This document shows, in pieces, positions 1 to 9,703 of a DNA stretch of 64,000 nucleotides. The notes below the pieces were generated by a model that was given only the letters and a program-made list of their open reading frames with translations, was not told the origin of the DNA and did no database searches. Made by a program: the position numbers and the translations under genes. Source of the stretch: Eledone cirrhosa (Eukaryota); contig OZ024764.1 of the NCBI GenBank assembly GCA_964016885.1, positions 26,846,001-26,910,000 of the forward strand, read 5' to 3'. Position 1 is the stretch's first letter. Every line of letters begins with the position of its first letter.

Positions 1-54
1 ATGTCACCTACTGGTTGGCGATTTAAACTGTTGGCTGGGACAATGACCAACTAA

Positions 55-302
55 TCAGTCAGATTCGAACTCACTATGTCTGGCATATATTTTATATTTT
101 ATATTTGAATGACGTTCTGTAAGTAACCTGGTGGCTTAGATGGCAATACTGCTCGAATAGATGGCTTCTATTATGAAGTTATAAGTTCATTCCCTATCCA
201 GGATTGTAGAATTAATTTTATTTAGTTATTATTTAATCAATTGTTTTAACAAACAAATTATATCTATAAAACGCCAAATATAGTGAGTTCAAATCTGACT
301 AA
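55..302. other. ~30-bp imperfect inverted repeats enclosing a 76-nt tRNA-like segment (127-202); present in all five units
   Basis: tcagtcagattcgaactcactatgtctggc (55-84) versus gccaaatatagtgagttcaaatctgact(ga) (273-302); inside, cctgg..tggcttagatgg..gttcattcc..ccagg. Confidence 0.5.
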
Positions 303-634
303 CATGCATGGTATATATTTATGTTTCATTATACAACGACACAATACACAGGAACTTATAAAGATATGTATATATTGTCCAGGAGTTTCGAGTTTAGTGG
401 GAATTGGTACAACTCTCAATTGGAGCTAGTTCCTGCAAGATCAGCATAAATAATGTTATACCTTTTCATGAAATCTTGCACACCCGATGTTTTATACATG
501 ATTATTTAAAGGTGAACAAAAACCAAAGAACATTGTGCAGCATTTCTCAACCTTTCTACCCATGTCGATCTCTTGAAATAGTTTTTATGCCTCAGGGATG
601 CCCTGCATAAAATATACTTTTTCTATCTCTAGAG

Positions 635-690
635 CAGTGGTTCCCAAATCGTGTGCTGCGAGATGAAACAAGATGAGCTGCAAAAGACTA
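635..690 (+). mobile_element. hAT/Charlie-like terminus (also at 3308, 14682, 17393, 20080)
   Basis: CAGTGGTTCCCAAA directly after ctctagag (627-634), which matches the NTCTAGAN hAT-Charlie target preference; no partner end found. Confidence 0.5.
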
Positions 691-748
691 AGATTAAGTT
701 TTAAGATGTGAAAAATATAAAACTGAAATTTCATATAAAAGTTCAAAT

Positions 749-1021
749 ATAGCTACAGCCACAAACCTAGGCTCCACACCCCGCAATGCAAAGGATAGTA
801 AGATAGTACCAAGGCCTGACTCACCTCTTCCACTCCATTGAGACCTCTGCCATACTTGGTCCCTGTACTGCTGATTTCCTCCATAAAGTCGGGAGGAAAG
901 ACGACAGGAGCCTCATGAGGAGGGGCGACTATTGTAGCAGGTGTCTCTGGCCTTGCTCCGAGGTAACGCTTTTACGTTTCTTCCACAGGTTGCGGCTGAG
1001 GGACCACTTAGACTGGGGTGA
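749..1021 (+). mobile_element. CRE-like non-LTR retrotransposon 3' fragment (C-terminus of the restriction-like endonuclease region); paralogs 3422-3694, 14796-15068, 17507-17779, 20194-20466
   Basis: Frameshifted translation ATNLGSTPRNAKDSK / YQGLTHLFHSIETSAILGPCTADFLHKVGRK / EPHEEGRLL*QVSLALLRGNAF fits the pattern KY..L...F.P.A.ET.G..G..A..FL..LG....R....LFQR.S.A.QRGNA; locally GC-richer. Confidence 0.65.
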
Positions 1022-1358
1022 AGTGTCTGTCCCTCCCCCGACTTCTTACTTCTTTTTTTTTCTCCTTTTCATTTTCTTTTCTCTTCTTGCTTATCTCTGC
1101 TATACCACGGCATCAAAAACATATATGATATGTGTATGTATGGTATAGGTGTATTTATATTTAGGATAGTTATCAAAGGTAAATAGACTGGTTGAAGCAA
1201 TAACAGTCTTGTTTATGTATATACACACATATATATATATATATATATATATCTGTTTGTTCTTGTATTTCCATAGAAAAGGTAAAGAAAAGAAGAATGC
1301 TCTATGTATTGTACAGAGCTATTTAATTACATAATAAACAACAGAATATAATTATTCC

Positions 1359-1611
1359 ATGCAAATAGACTTAGACTGGAAAACATTCAGACAGAGAAGA
1401 ATGGATAATGAGCGTCGTAAGAGAAATTGGCCAACAATTAATATTAATGGAAATGTAGAAGGATTTCATATTAGTGATATGAATGTTTCGTGTGATCACT
1501 GTGGAGCTTTGAAATTTAGAAATGAAAATTGTAACTGTTGTAATAAAGGAAAGGTTGTGTTGCCACCATTGCAAATATACCCTGAGAGACTGAGAAATCT
1601 CTTTGAAAGAG
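1359..1611 (+). pseudogene. Truncated Helitron N-terminal fragment ending in a fold-back junction
   Basis: Same peptide as copy A up to RNLFER, then an inverted duplication. Confidence 0.8.
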
Positions 1612-1630
1612 ATTTCTCAGTCTCTCAGGG

Positions 1631-2435
1631 TATATATTCCCGCCGCCGTTGAAATAAAAATTTTAATAGAAAAACGGCGGGAATATATGTTACAACCCAA
1701 TCTATATATATTTAGGTTGTAACATATATTCCCGCCGTTGAAATAAAAATTTTAATAGGAAAACGGCGGGAACATATGTTACAACCCAATCTATATATAT
1801 TTGGGTTGTAACATATATTCCCGCCGTTGAAATAAAAATTTTAATAGAAAAACGGCGGGAATATATGTTACAGCCCAATCTATATATATTTGGGTTTTAA
1901 CATATATTCCCGCCGTTGAAATAAACATTTTAATAGAAAAACGGCGGGAATATATGTTACAATCCAATCTACATATATTTGGGTTGTAACATATATTCCC
2001 GCCGTTGAAATAAAAATTTTAATAGAAAAACGGCGGGAATATATGTTACAACCCAATATACATATATTTGGGTTGTAACATATATTCCCGCCGTTGAAAT
2101 AAAAATTTTAACATAAAAACGGCGGGAATATATATTACAACCCAAACATATATAGGTTGGGTTGTAACATATATTCCCGCCGTTTTTCTATTAAAATTTT
2201 TATTTCAACGGCGGGAATATATGTTACAACCCAAAAATATGTAGCTTGGATTGTAACATATATTCCCGCCGTTTTTCTATTAAAATTTTTATTTCAACGG
2301 CGGGAATATATGTTACAACTCAAATATATATAGATTGGGTTGTAACATATATTCCCGCCGTTTTTCTATTAAAATTTTTATTTCACCGGCAGGAATATGT
2401 TACAACCCAAATATATATATATTGAGTTGTAACAT
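1631..2435. repeat. 89-bp alternating inverted-repeat array (foldback-like), 9 units, 6 forward + 3 reverse
   Basis: 28-bp A=ttgggttgtaacatatattcccgccgtt, 22-bp spacer, 28-bp reverse complement of A, 11-bp spacer; cccgcc at 1731, 1820, 1909 (period 89). Confidence 0.95.
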
Positions 2436-2516
2436 GGGTTACATATAAGGTCTCATTTTTTTTCTTTTCTTTCTTTCAGTTTTCTTCTTATCTCTAGATA
2501 TAAATATATATACATA

Positions 2517-2622
2517 AGGTAACTTGGTAGAATTGTTAGAACATCAGATAGAATTCTTTGCAGTATTTTTCCAGTTCTTTACTCTGAGTTCAACTTTACC
2601 TTTCTTCCATTCAGTGTCGATA
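2517..2622 (+). mobile_element. Degenerate SINE of the same family (paralogs ~13877-13983, ~16588-16694, ~19274-19381)
   Basis: ttggtagaattgttaga...tctgagttcaactttacctttcttccattcagtgtcgataa resembles the SINE head and core on the + strand. Confidence 0.6.
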
Positions 2623-3894
2623 AGTCTTGAATATGTCTAACGTAGCAATAACTGGAGCTACTTAACCAAGTTTTCCCAACCTAGTCGATGTCACCTACTG
2701 GTTGGCGATTTAAACTGTTGGCTGCGACAATGACCAACTAATCAGTCAGATTCGAACTCACTATGTCTGGCATATATTTTATATTTTATATTTGAATGAA
2801 GTTCTGTAAGTAACCTGGTGGCTTAGATGGCAATACTGCTCGAATAGATGGCTTCTAGTTCATTCCCTATCCAGGATTGTAGAATTAATTTTATTTAGTT
2901 ATTATTTAATCAATTGTTTTAACAAACAAATTATATCTATAAAACGCCAAATATAGTGAGTTCAAATCTGACTGACATGCATGGTATATATTTATGTTTC
3001 ATTATACAGCGACACAATACACAGGAACTTATAAAGATATGTATATATTGTCCAGGAGTTTCGAGTTTAGTGGGAATTGGTACAACTCTCAATTGGAGCT
3101 AGTCCCTGCAAGATCAGCATAAATAATGTTATACCTTTTCATGAAATCTTGCACACCCGATATTTTATACATGATTATTTAAAGGTGAACAAAAACCAAA
3201 GAACATTGTGCAGCATTTCTCAACCTTTCTACCCATGTCGATCTCTTGAAATAGTTTTTATGTCTCAGGGAAGCCCTGCATAAAATATACTTTTTCTATC
3301 TCTAGAGCAGTGGTTCCCAAATCGTGTGCTGAGAGATGAAACAAGATGAGCTGCAAAAGACTAAGATTAAGTTTTATGATGTGAAAAATATAAAACTGAA
3401 ATTTCATATAAAAGTTCAAATATAGCTACAGCCACAAACCTAGGCTCCACACCCCGCAATGCAGAGGATAGTAAGATAGTACCAAGGCCTGACTCACCTC
3501 TTCCACTCCATTGAGACCTCTGCCATACTTGGTCCCTGTACTGCTGATTTCCTCCATAAAGTCGGGAGGAAAGACGACAGGAGCTTCATGAGGAGGGGCG
3601 ACTATTGTAGCAGGTGTCTCTGGCCTTGCTCTGAGGTAACGCTTTTACGTTTCTTCCACAGGTTGCGGCTGAGGGACCACTTAGACTGGGGTGAAGTGTC
3701 TGTCCCTCCCCCGACTTCTTACTTCTTTATTTTCTCATTTTCATTTTCTTTTCTCTTCTTGCTTATGTCTGCTATACCACGGCATCAAAAACATATATGA
3801 TATATGTATGTATGGTATAGGTGTATTTATATTTAGGATAGTTATCAAAGGTAAATAGACTGGTTGGAGCAATAACAGTCTTGTTTATGTATGT

Positions 3895-3945
<51 letters not shown>

Positions 3946-4046
3946 TGTTCTTGTATTTCCATAGAAATGGTAAAGAAAAGAAGAATGCTCTATGTATTGT
4001 ACAGAGCTATTTAATTACATAATAAACAACAGAATATAATTATTCC

Positions 4047-4814
4047 ATGCAAATAGACTTAGAATGGAAAACATTCAGACAGAGAAGAATGGATAATGAG
4101 CGTCGTAAGAGAAATTGGCCAACAATTAATATTAATGGAAATGTAGAAGAATTTCATATTAGTGATATGAATGTTTCGTGTGATCACTGTGGAGCTTTGA
4201 AATTTAGAAATGAAAATTGTAACTGTTGTAATAAAGGAAAGGTTGTGTTGCCACCATTGCAAATATACCCTGAGAGACTGAGAAATCTCTTTGAAAGAGG
4301 CCAGGAAGCAGTTGATTTCACAGAAACATCTGCAATTAAAACTACATTTATTTCACTTCATTTGGTGTTACCACCCGGCAGAGGCCCGTATAGATTTCAT
4401 ATTCAGGGTCAAACATATCAATACACACCCATCTCTGTAACCTGCAGAAAATACACCACAATATGGCCAGTTATATATTATTGATGGGAACGAAGGTGTG
4501 TAGCACAGATTGGAAGTACAACCAAATAATTGTTTCTGGCACAAGGCCAGCAATTACTGGTACTTTATTCTATCGACCTCATAAGGATGAAAACAAAGTC
4601 AACCTTAGAGGGATTTGAACCCAGAACGTAAAGGGCCATAACCCTATGCTGCAAAGCATGGTGTCTGACGCTCTACCGATACTGCCAATCCACTGCCCTA
4701 GTCCCAACAAATAATGACTGCTCACCACAAAAAATGGCTATGATAAGAGAGGTGTTGCATGAATATAATCCATATGTCGAAGTGTACAATACAATGCATG
4801 GCATCACAAATGAA
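4047..4814 (+). pseudogene. Helitron Rep-Hel N-terminal region (Zn-finger-like segment), frameshifted and SINE-interrupted; copy A
   Basis: Translation CDHCGALKFRNENCNCCNKGKVVLPPL..PERLRNLF...GPYRFHIQGQTY, then in a shifted frame PQYGQLYIIDG and, after the SINE, MIREVLHEYNPYVEVYNTMH. This matches the typical Helitron N-terminal pattern CxxCxALxF..CC..GKV.LP / F.IQGQ.YH / YGQLYI.D / NPY. Confidence 0.85.
4531..4699 (-). mobile_element. tRNA-derived SINE inserted in the Helitron, with a degenerate ~16-bp TSD
   Basis: Minus strand has an A-box-like tggcagtatcggt, a B-box ggttcaaatcc and a core like gttgactttg..tttcatcctt..ggtcgata.aataaagtaccagt. Flanks are agtacaaccaaataat / agtcccaacaaataat. 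Confidence 0.8.
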
Positions 4815-5336
4815 TATATATATATATACTACTAAAGTGTATGTAAAATTTTAAAATAAATACTTAAATTCAATTTGTATAATTACACATACAATATGTT
4901 TTGTTGTAAAACCCTAAATAATGATTTAAGAACTGATGTCAATCTCTTTGTACAGAGAAAAACAATTTATATATATGCATCGTGTGCGCGTGTATACTCC
5001 ATTTAAGACAGCGAAAAACCTAGTACCTCCTTCAAAGAATGCCAAATAGTTTATGCCTAAGGTGTAACACTAATTAAGTTACTGGTATAGATATTTCAGT
5101 TGAACCCTGCTTCAAACATGCATATTATTATTATATATTTTCAAACACACTTACATACATTATATTTATACACATAGAAATGTTAAAACTAAAGTATAAT
5201 GATATAACAACAGTATATAATAGTTTTCTTCACTTTATTGAGATGCAATCGTTTTAAAGAAAAAACATGACAGTATAAGAAATATTTAATATGATAACAT
5301 AATATTTCAGGTAGGATGGTGGTTTCTCTTTGAACT

Positions 5337-5508
5337 AATAATTGTTTCTACTTTAGGCACAAGGCCAGCAATTAACCAGTACATTACTGGTACTTTATTT
5401 TATCGACCCCGTAAGGATGAAAGGCAAAGTTAACCTCGGATCGTAAAGGGACGTAACTATGCTGGAAAGCATGGCGTCAGACCCTCTACCGATACTGCCA
5501 ATTCACCA
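5337..5508 (-). mobile_element. Second copy of the same SINE family, internally deleted (paralogs 22090-22261 and 52188-52359)
   Basis: ctggtactttattttatcgaccccgtaaggatgaaaggcaaagttaacctcgg...ctaccgatactgccaattcacc. Confidence 0.8.
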
Positions 5509-5705
5509 TACAGTATAATTATACAAATATGCATATAGATAGCAATATATATACACTAATATGTATGTACATATTTATACATATATACATATATATAGGG
5601 AGAGAGAGAGACACATGTATGTATATATATATACACATGCGTGTATGTATGTGTTTATGTACATTCTTCGGTATATATATATGAGTCACGGTTTATTACA
5701 CATTG

Positions 5706-6151
5706 GAGACACAGAGAGAAAGAGTTGAAACGAGAGGTGAGAGAGTTGAAACAAGAGAGGAGAGAGTTGAAACGAGAAAAGAGAGAGAGAGTTGAAACGA
5801 GAGGAGAGAGAGAGAGAGTTGTAACGAGAGGAGAGAGAGAGAGAGAGTTGAAACGAGAGGAGAGAGAGTTGAAACGAGGAGAGAGTTGAAACAAGAGGGT
5901 GAGGGGAGAGAGGGGAGAGAGTGATGAAACGAGTCGGAGATAGAGTGTGAAAGAGAGAGAGAGAGGAAGAGAGAGAGAGAGAGGAAGAGAGAGAGAGAGA
6001 AAGAGAGAGAGAGAGGAAGAGAGAGAGAGGAAGAGAGAGAGAGGAAGAGGGAGAGGGGGGATGAAACAAGAGGGTGAGGGATGAAACAAGAGAGAGAGGG
6101 GAGAGAAAGAGAGAGGGGAGAGAAAGAGAGAGGGGAGAGAAAGAGAGAGGG

Positions 6152-6183
<32 letters not shown>

Positions 6184-6363
6184 ACGAATTGAAACAAGAG
6201 AGAGATGAAACAAGTGAGGGATTAGAGTGTTGAAACAAGAGAGAGAGGAAGAGAGAGAGAGAGCAAGATGGAACGAGAGAGAGAGAGCGAGATGAAATGA
6301 GAGCGAGATGAAACGAGAGAGAGAGAGAGTGAGATGAAATGAGAGAGAGAGAGAGCGAGATGA

Positions 6364-6399
<36 letters not shown>

Positions 6400-6933
6400 A
6401 ATGAGACAGAGAGAGCGAGATGAAACGAGAGAGAGAGAGAGCGAGATGAAATGAGAGAGTGAGTGCGAGATGAAATGAGAGAGAGTGAGAGCGACATGAA
6501 ATGAGAGAGAGAGAGCGAGATGAAACGAGAGAGAGAGAGAGCGAGATGAAATGAGAGAGAGTGAGAGCGAGATGAAATGAGAGAGTGAGAGCGAGATGAA
6601 ATGAGAGAGAGAGAGCGAGATGAAATGAGAGAGAGTGAGAGCGAGATGAAATGAGAGAGAGAGAGAGAGATGAAATGAGAGAGCGAGAGAGAGATAGAGG
6701 GAGATGAAACGACAGAGAGAGAGACAGATGAAACGAGAGAGAGAAATAGAGATGAAACGAGAGAGAGTGATGAAACGAGAGAGAGGAAGAGAGAGATGGA
6801 ACGAGAGAGAGGAAGAGAGAGATGGAACGAGAGAGAGGAAGACAGAGATGAAATGAGAGAGAGGAAGACAGAGATGAAACGAGAGAGAGAGAGAGCGAGA
6901 TGAAACGAGAGAGAGAGAGCGCGAGATGAAACT
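5706..6933 (+). repeat. GA-punctuated low-complexity tract, unit ~22-24 bp (GA)n-GCGAGATGAAA(C/T)
   Basis: Directly visible; strongly purine-biased strand. Confidence 0.95.
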
Positions 6934-7276
6934 CTGTCATGTAATGTTATGGACATATCTGCCCCTGGGGCTAATAATTGTCATGTAATGTTATGGTCAT
7001 CTCTGCCCCTGTGGTTAATAATTCTGTCATGTAATGTTATGGTCATGTCTGCACCTGTGGCTAATAAATCTGTCATGTAATGTTATGGTCATCTCTGCCC
7101 CTGTGGCTAATAATTCTGTCATGTAATGTTATGGACATCTCTGCCCCTGTGGCAAATAATTCTGACATGTAATGTTATGGACATCTCTGCCCCGGTGGCT
7201 AATAATTCTGACATGTAATGTTATGGACATCTCTGCCCCTGTGGCTAATAATTCTGACATGTAATGTTATGGACAT
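6934..7276 (+). repeat. 46-bp minisatellite, ~7.5 copies
   Basis: catgtaatgttatggacatctctgcccctgtggctaataattctg(t/a); atgtaatgtt at 7121 and 7167. Confidence 0.95.
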
Positions 7277-7295
7277 TGCTATCTTGTTTCATCTC

Positions 7296-8470
7296 AAACA
7301 GCAAAGTGCAAGAAGAGAAAATTGTCGTGTACAGAACTGTGAATTAAGATTTAGAAGAGGATCAGATATGAGCTGCTCTAATTTACCAACTAGTAATGAT
7401 AGCTGTTGTTTTGTGGGGGATTGAGGGCACACCACCTGTACAAAGAGATATTATCATCTTTCCTAAAGACCATCCTCCTCAGAAAATACCACATAATGCA
7501 TGCCACTTGGACCTCATGACCGACCGATAATGGTGAATTTTGGTGGCATAGTGCCATGGAGAGGAATGTAGGACCTGTGTTTGCAATAGACTGACAATGC
7601 AGGAGTATTACATATACTGTATAGCATATAGAGGAGGATTTAGTGCGATATATAGGGCAGGTAAATTATTTTAGCAGTATTTAGTGGATGCCTATATGAA
7701 AGTAGAGGGATGCAGGCTTCAATATTTGAGGAACAATCAAGCCCAATTGTGAGTGGATGAGTATAATGGTTTAATGAATTATCTAAACAGATGATAACAC
7801 TGAGCCTTAAAAAATGAAGACAAGATAAGAAACAGAGAAGACATTGACAGAATCGTGTCAGCAGAAATACCTGCATTGGAAGATGATCCAGTACTACATG
7901 AGCAGGTTTAAAAGTTTATGATCCACAGGCCATGTGGTTCTGGAAACCCTTTTCCCCCATTTATACAAAATGGATTTTTCAAAAAGAACTATCCAAAAAC
8001 CTACAGAAGGGAAACATTATTGAACCTAAATGGATACCCAGAGTACAGGAGGTGCAAGACAGGAACTGCAGTGTAAATTGGATGACATTCAGTAGATAAC
8101 AGGAATGTTATGCCATTTAATGCCTTTTTGCTTAAGAAATATTGTGCACATATTAATGTTGAAGTTTGCGCTTCTGTAAAAAGTGTCAAGTACCTCTTTA
8201 AATATGTTACATGGGGCATGATTGTACATCTATAGAAGTAACGAATAATGCATTACCTAATGAGGCTCAGAACCAACACAACCATGATGAAATAAGAACC
8301 TATCTTTGTTGCAGGTATGTGTCTCAGCCAGAAGCAGTGTCGTGTCTCTCGGAATTTAAGCTTCATGGTACATCACATACAGTATACAGCCTAGCCACAC
8401 ACCTGGAGAACAAACAGAGTTTACTTTCAAAGAGGCAATGCTCAGGTTGTGGTAGAAATGCAGGGACCTA
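7296..8470 (+). pseudogene. Helitron Rep (Helitron_like_N/HUH-Y2) region, internally deleted, with stops and frameshifts
   Basis: Collinear fragments: NLPTSND..FVGD..PPVQRDIIIFP; GKLF*QYLVDAYMKVEGCRLQYLRNNQAQL*VDEYNGL; DIDRIVSAEIP..DPVLHEQV; MIHRPCG..NP; GYPEYRR; VDNRNVMPFNAFLLKKYCAHINVEVCASVKSVKYLFKYV (Rep motif 3, 8188-8208); GHD..HDEIRTYLCCRYVSQPEA..LATHLE. Motif 1, the HUH motif and the helicase were not found. Confidence 0.9.
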
Positions 8471-8815
8471 AACACAATAAAATGTCACCTGTGCTACCAA
8501 AACTACCACAGGAACTCTGTCGGCATCAGCAAGGCTCAAGCCGAAAGGCTTCAATACTAGACCTGTAATCAGGGCCACTTTACCTCCGACGACCAGCTTT
8601 CTACCGAGTGTGTGTTGATGGAGGGGACATGGGACCAGCAAAGTCCTAGGAGTAGAGACTAGTAAATAATAAACGGTCCTAGCTATGTTAAGAATATATA
8701 TAAGAAAAATGTTCTATACATTTAAGAAGACAAGAGAAATAAATATTTACCTCTTTCATGTAGGTAATATAGCGGTGTTATAAAAGTATAATAACTGATG
8801 CAGGTAGTTTGTTTC

Positions 8816-9073
8816 AAACTATAACACATATAACTCTATCAGTGAAGCCCTTTAGTATAGGTCAACTGGGAAACTATAACACATATAACCCTATCAGTGA
8901 AGCCCTCTGGGAAACTATAACACATATAACTCTATCAGTGAAGCCCTTTAGTATAGGTCAACTGGGAAACTATAACACATATAACCCTATCAGTGAAGTC
9001 CTTTAGTATAGGTCAACTGGGAAATTATAACACATATAACCCTATCAGTGAAGTCCTTTAGTATAGGTCAACT
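8816..9073 (+). repeat. 55-bp minisatellite, ~5 copies (one 41-bp truncated)
   Basis: gggaaa(c/t)tataacacatataac at 8868, 8909, 8964, 9019. Confidence 0.9.
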
Positions 9074-9127
9074 AACAGAAGTATTACGGGTATGGAAAAA
9101 ACTCTAAATAAGCCTACAACAGTCATT

Positions 9128-9193
9128 GCGGGCCACTCTGACTGGTCAGGTGGGCTCGATTGTGGCCCGCGGGCCGCCTGTTGCACGCCCCTC
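9128..9193 (-). mobile_element. hAT-MITE-like terminus
   Basis: gcgggcc...gtggcccgcgggccgcctgttgcacgcccct followed by ctttagat; the GGCCCGCGGGCC subterminal palindrome is typical of hAT MITE ends. Confidence 0.5.
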
Positions 9194-9225
9194 CTTTAGA
9201 TAGAATATCTATCACTGTTAAGTAA

Positions 9226-9435
9226 TACTGTGATCTGTCGGCTAACTACATTTTCCAGCCTGTGGCGTTTGGGGGAGTCGGGATACTGACTGCGAGATTC
9301 CTATCTTCACTGGCGGCTAGCCTGACGAAGGTGACTGGTGAAGCTCGTGAGGGCACTTGGTTGTTCCAGCTCCTCAGCCTCGCCATCGCCCGGGGTAACG
9401 CTGCAGACGTGCTGGCTTGCCTAAAAAATCATTAG
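9226..9435 (+). mobile_element. CRE-like non-LTR retrotransposon C-terminal fragment
   Basis: YCDLSANYIFQPVAFGGVGILTARFLSSLAASLTKVTGEAREGTWLFQLLSLAIARGNAADVLACLKNH*. Confidence 0.75.
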
Positions 9436-9518
9436 AGAGGTTTCCCAGTGCTCCTCGCGATACTGTTATCTTTTGCTCTAGTAGCAGCTCGTTTGTCCAC
9501 CCCTTTCGCCTGCCTTTG

Positions 9519-9703
9519 GTTGTATGTCGTCCTAGATGTGTGTATTACCTGCTTGTGTGTTGTATGTGGTCCTAGATGTGTGTATTGCCTGCTTATGTGG
9601 TCCTAGATGTATGTATTACCTGCTGGTGTGTTGTATGTGGTCCCAGATGTGTGGATTACCTGTTTTTGTGTTGTATGTGGTCCCAAATGTGTGTGCTACC
9701 CGC
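9519..9703 (+). repeat. 40-bp minisatellite, ~5 copies (one 31-bp)
   Basis: cc(t/c)a(g/a)atgt at 9531, 9571, 9602, 9642, 9682. Confidence 0.85.

Larger units (their letters stand above)
1..5700 (+). repeat. Composite ~2.69-kb tandem unit: one short form (1-2432, 5'-truncated by the window) plus one long form (from 2433)
   Basis: Landmark atgtcacctactgg at 1 and 2688 (period 2687); duplicated ORFs 404/3077, 915/3588, 1359/4047. Confidence 0.95.

Noticed and set aside
404-610. 68-aa ORF conserved in five copies
   Set aside because: Non-ATG start, no recognisable motif; conservation is explained by recent duplication.
915-1148. 77-aa ORF with a hydrophobic tail
   Set aside because: Off-frame reading of the CRE-like fragment plus a T-rich tract.
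1631-2435. 28-bp repeats with spacers as a CRISPR array or shufflon
   Set aside because: Repeats alternate in orientation, spacers are two constant sequences, and no recombinase or cas gene is present.
4047-4484. Functional 145-aa zinc-finger gene
   Set aside because: It is a frameshifted Helitron fragment; the conserved downstream motifs lie in another frame with stops.
6201-6240. Telomere-like motif gagggattagag
   Set aside because: Not TTAGGG and not tandemly arrayed.
6934-7276. 46-bp repeats as a CRISPR array
   Set aside because: Head-to-tail with no unique spacers, no cas genes, eukaryotic context.
3308-9193. One large hAT element bounded by 3308 and 9193 with TSD ctctagag/ctttagat
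   Set aside because: The two termini are not complementary, and 6/8 TSD identity is expected from the shared target preference.
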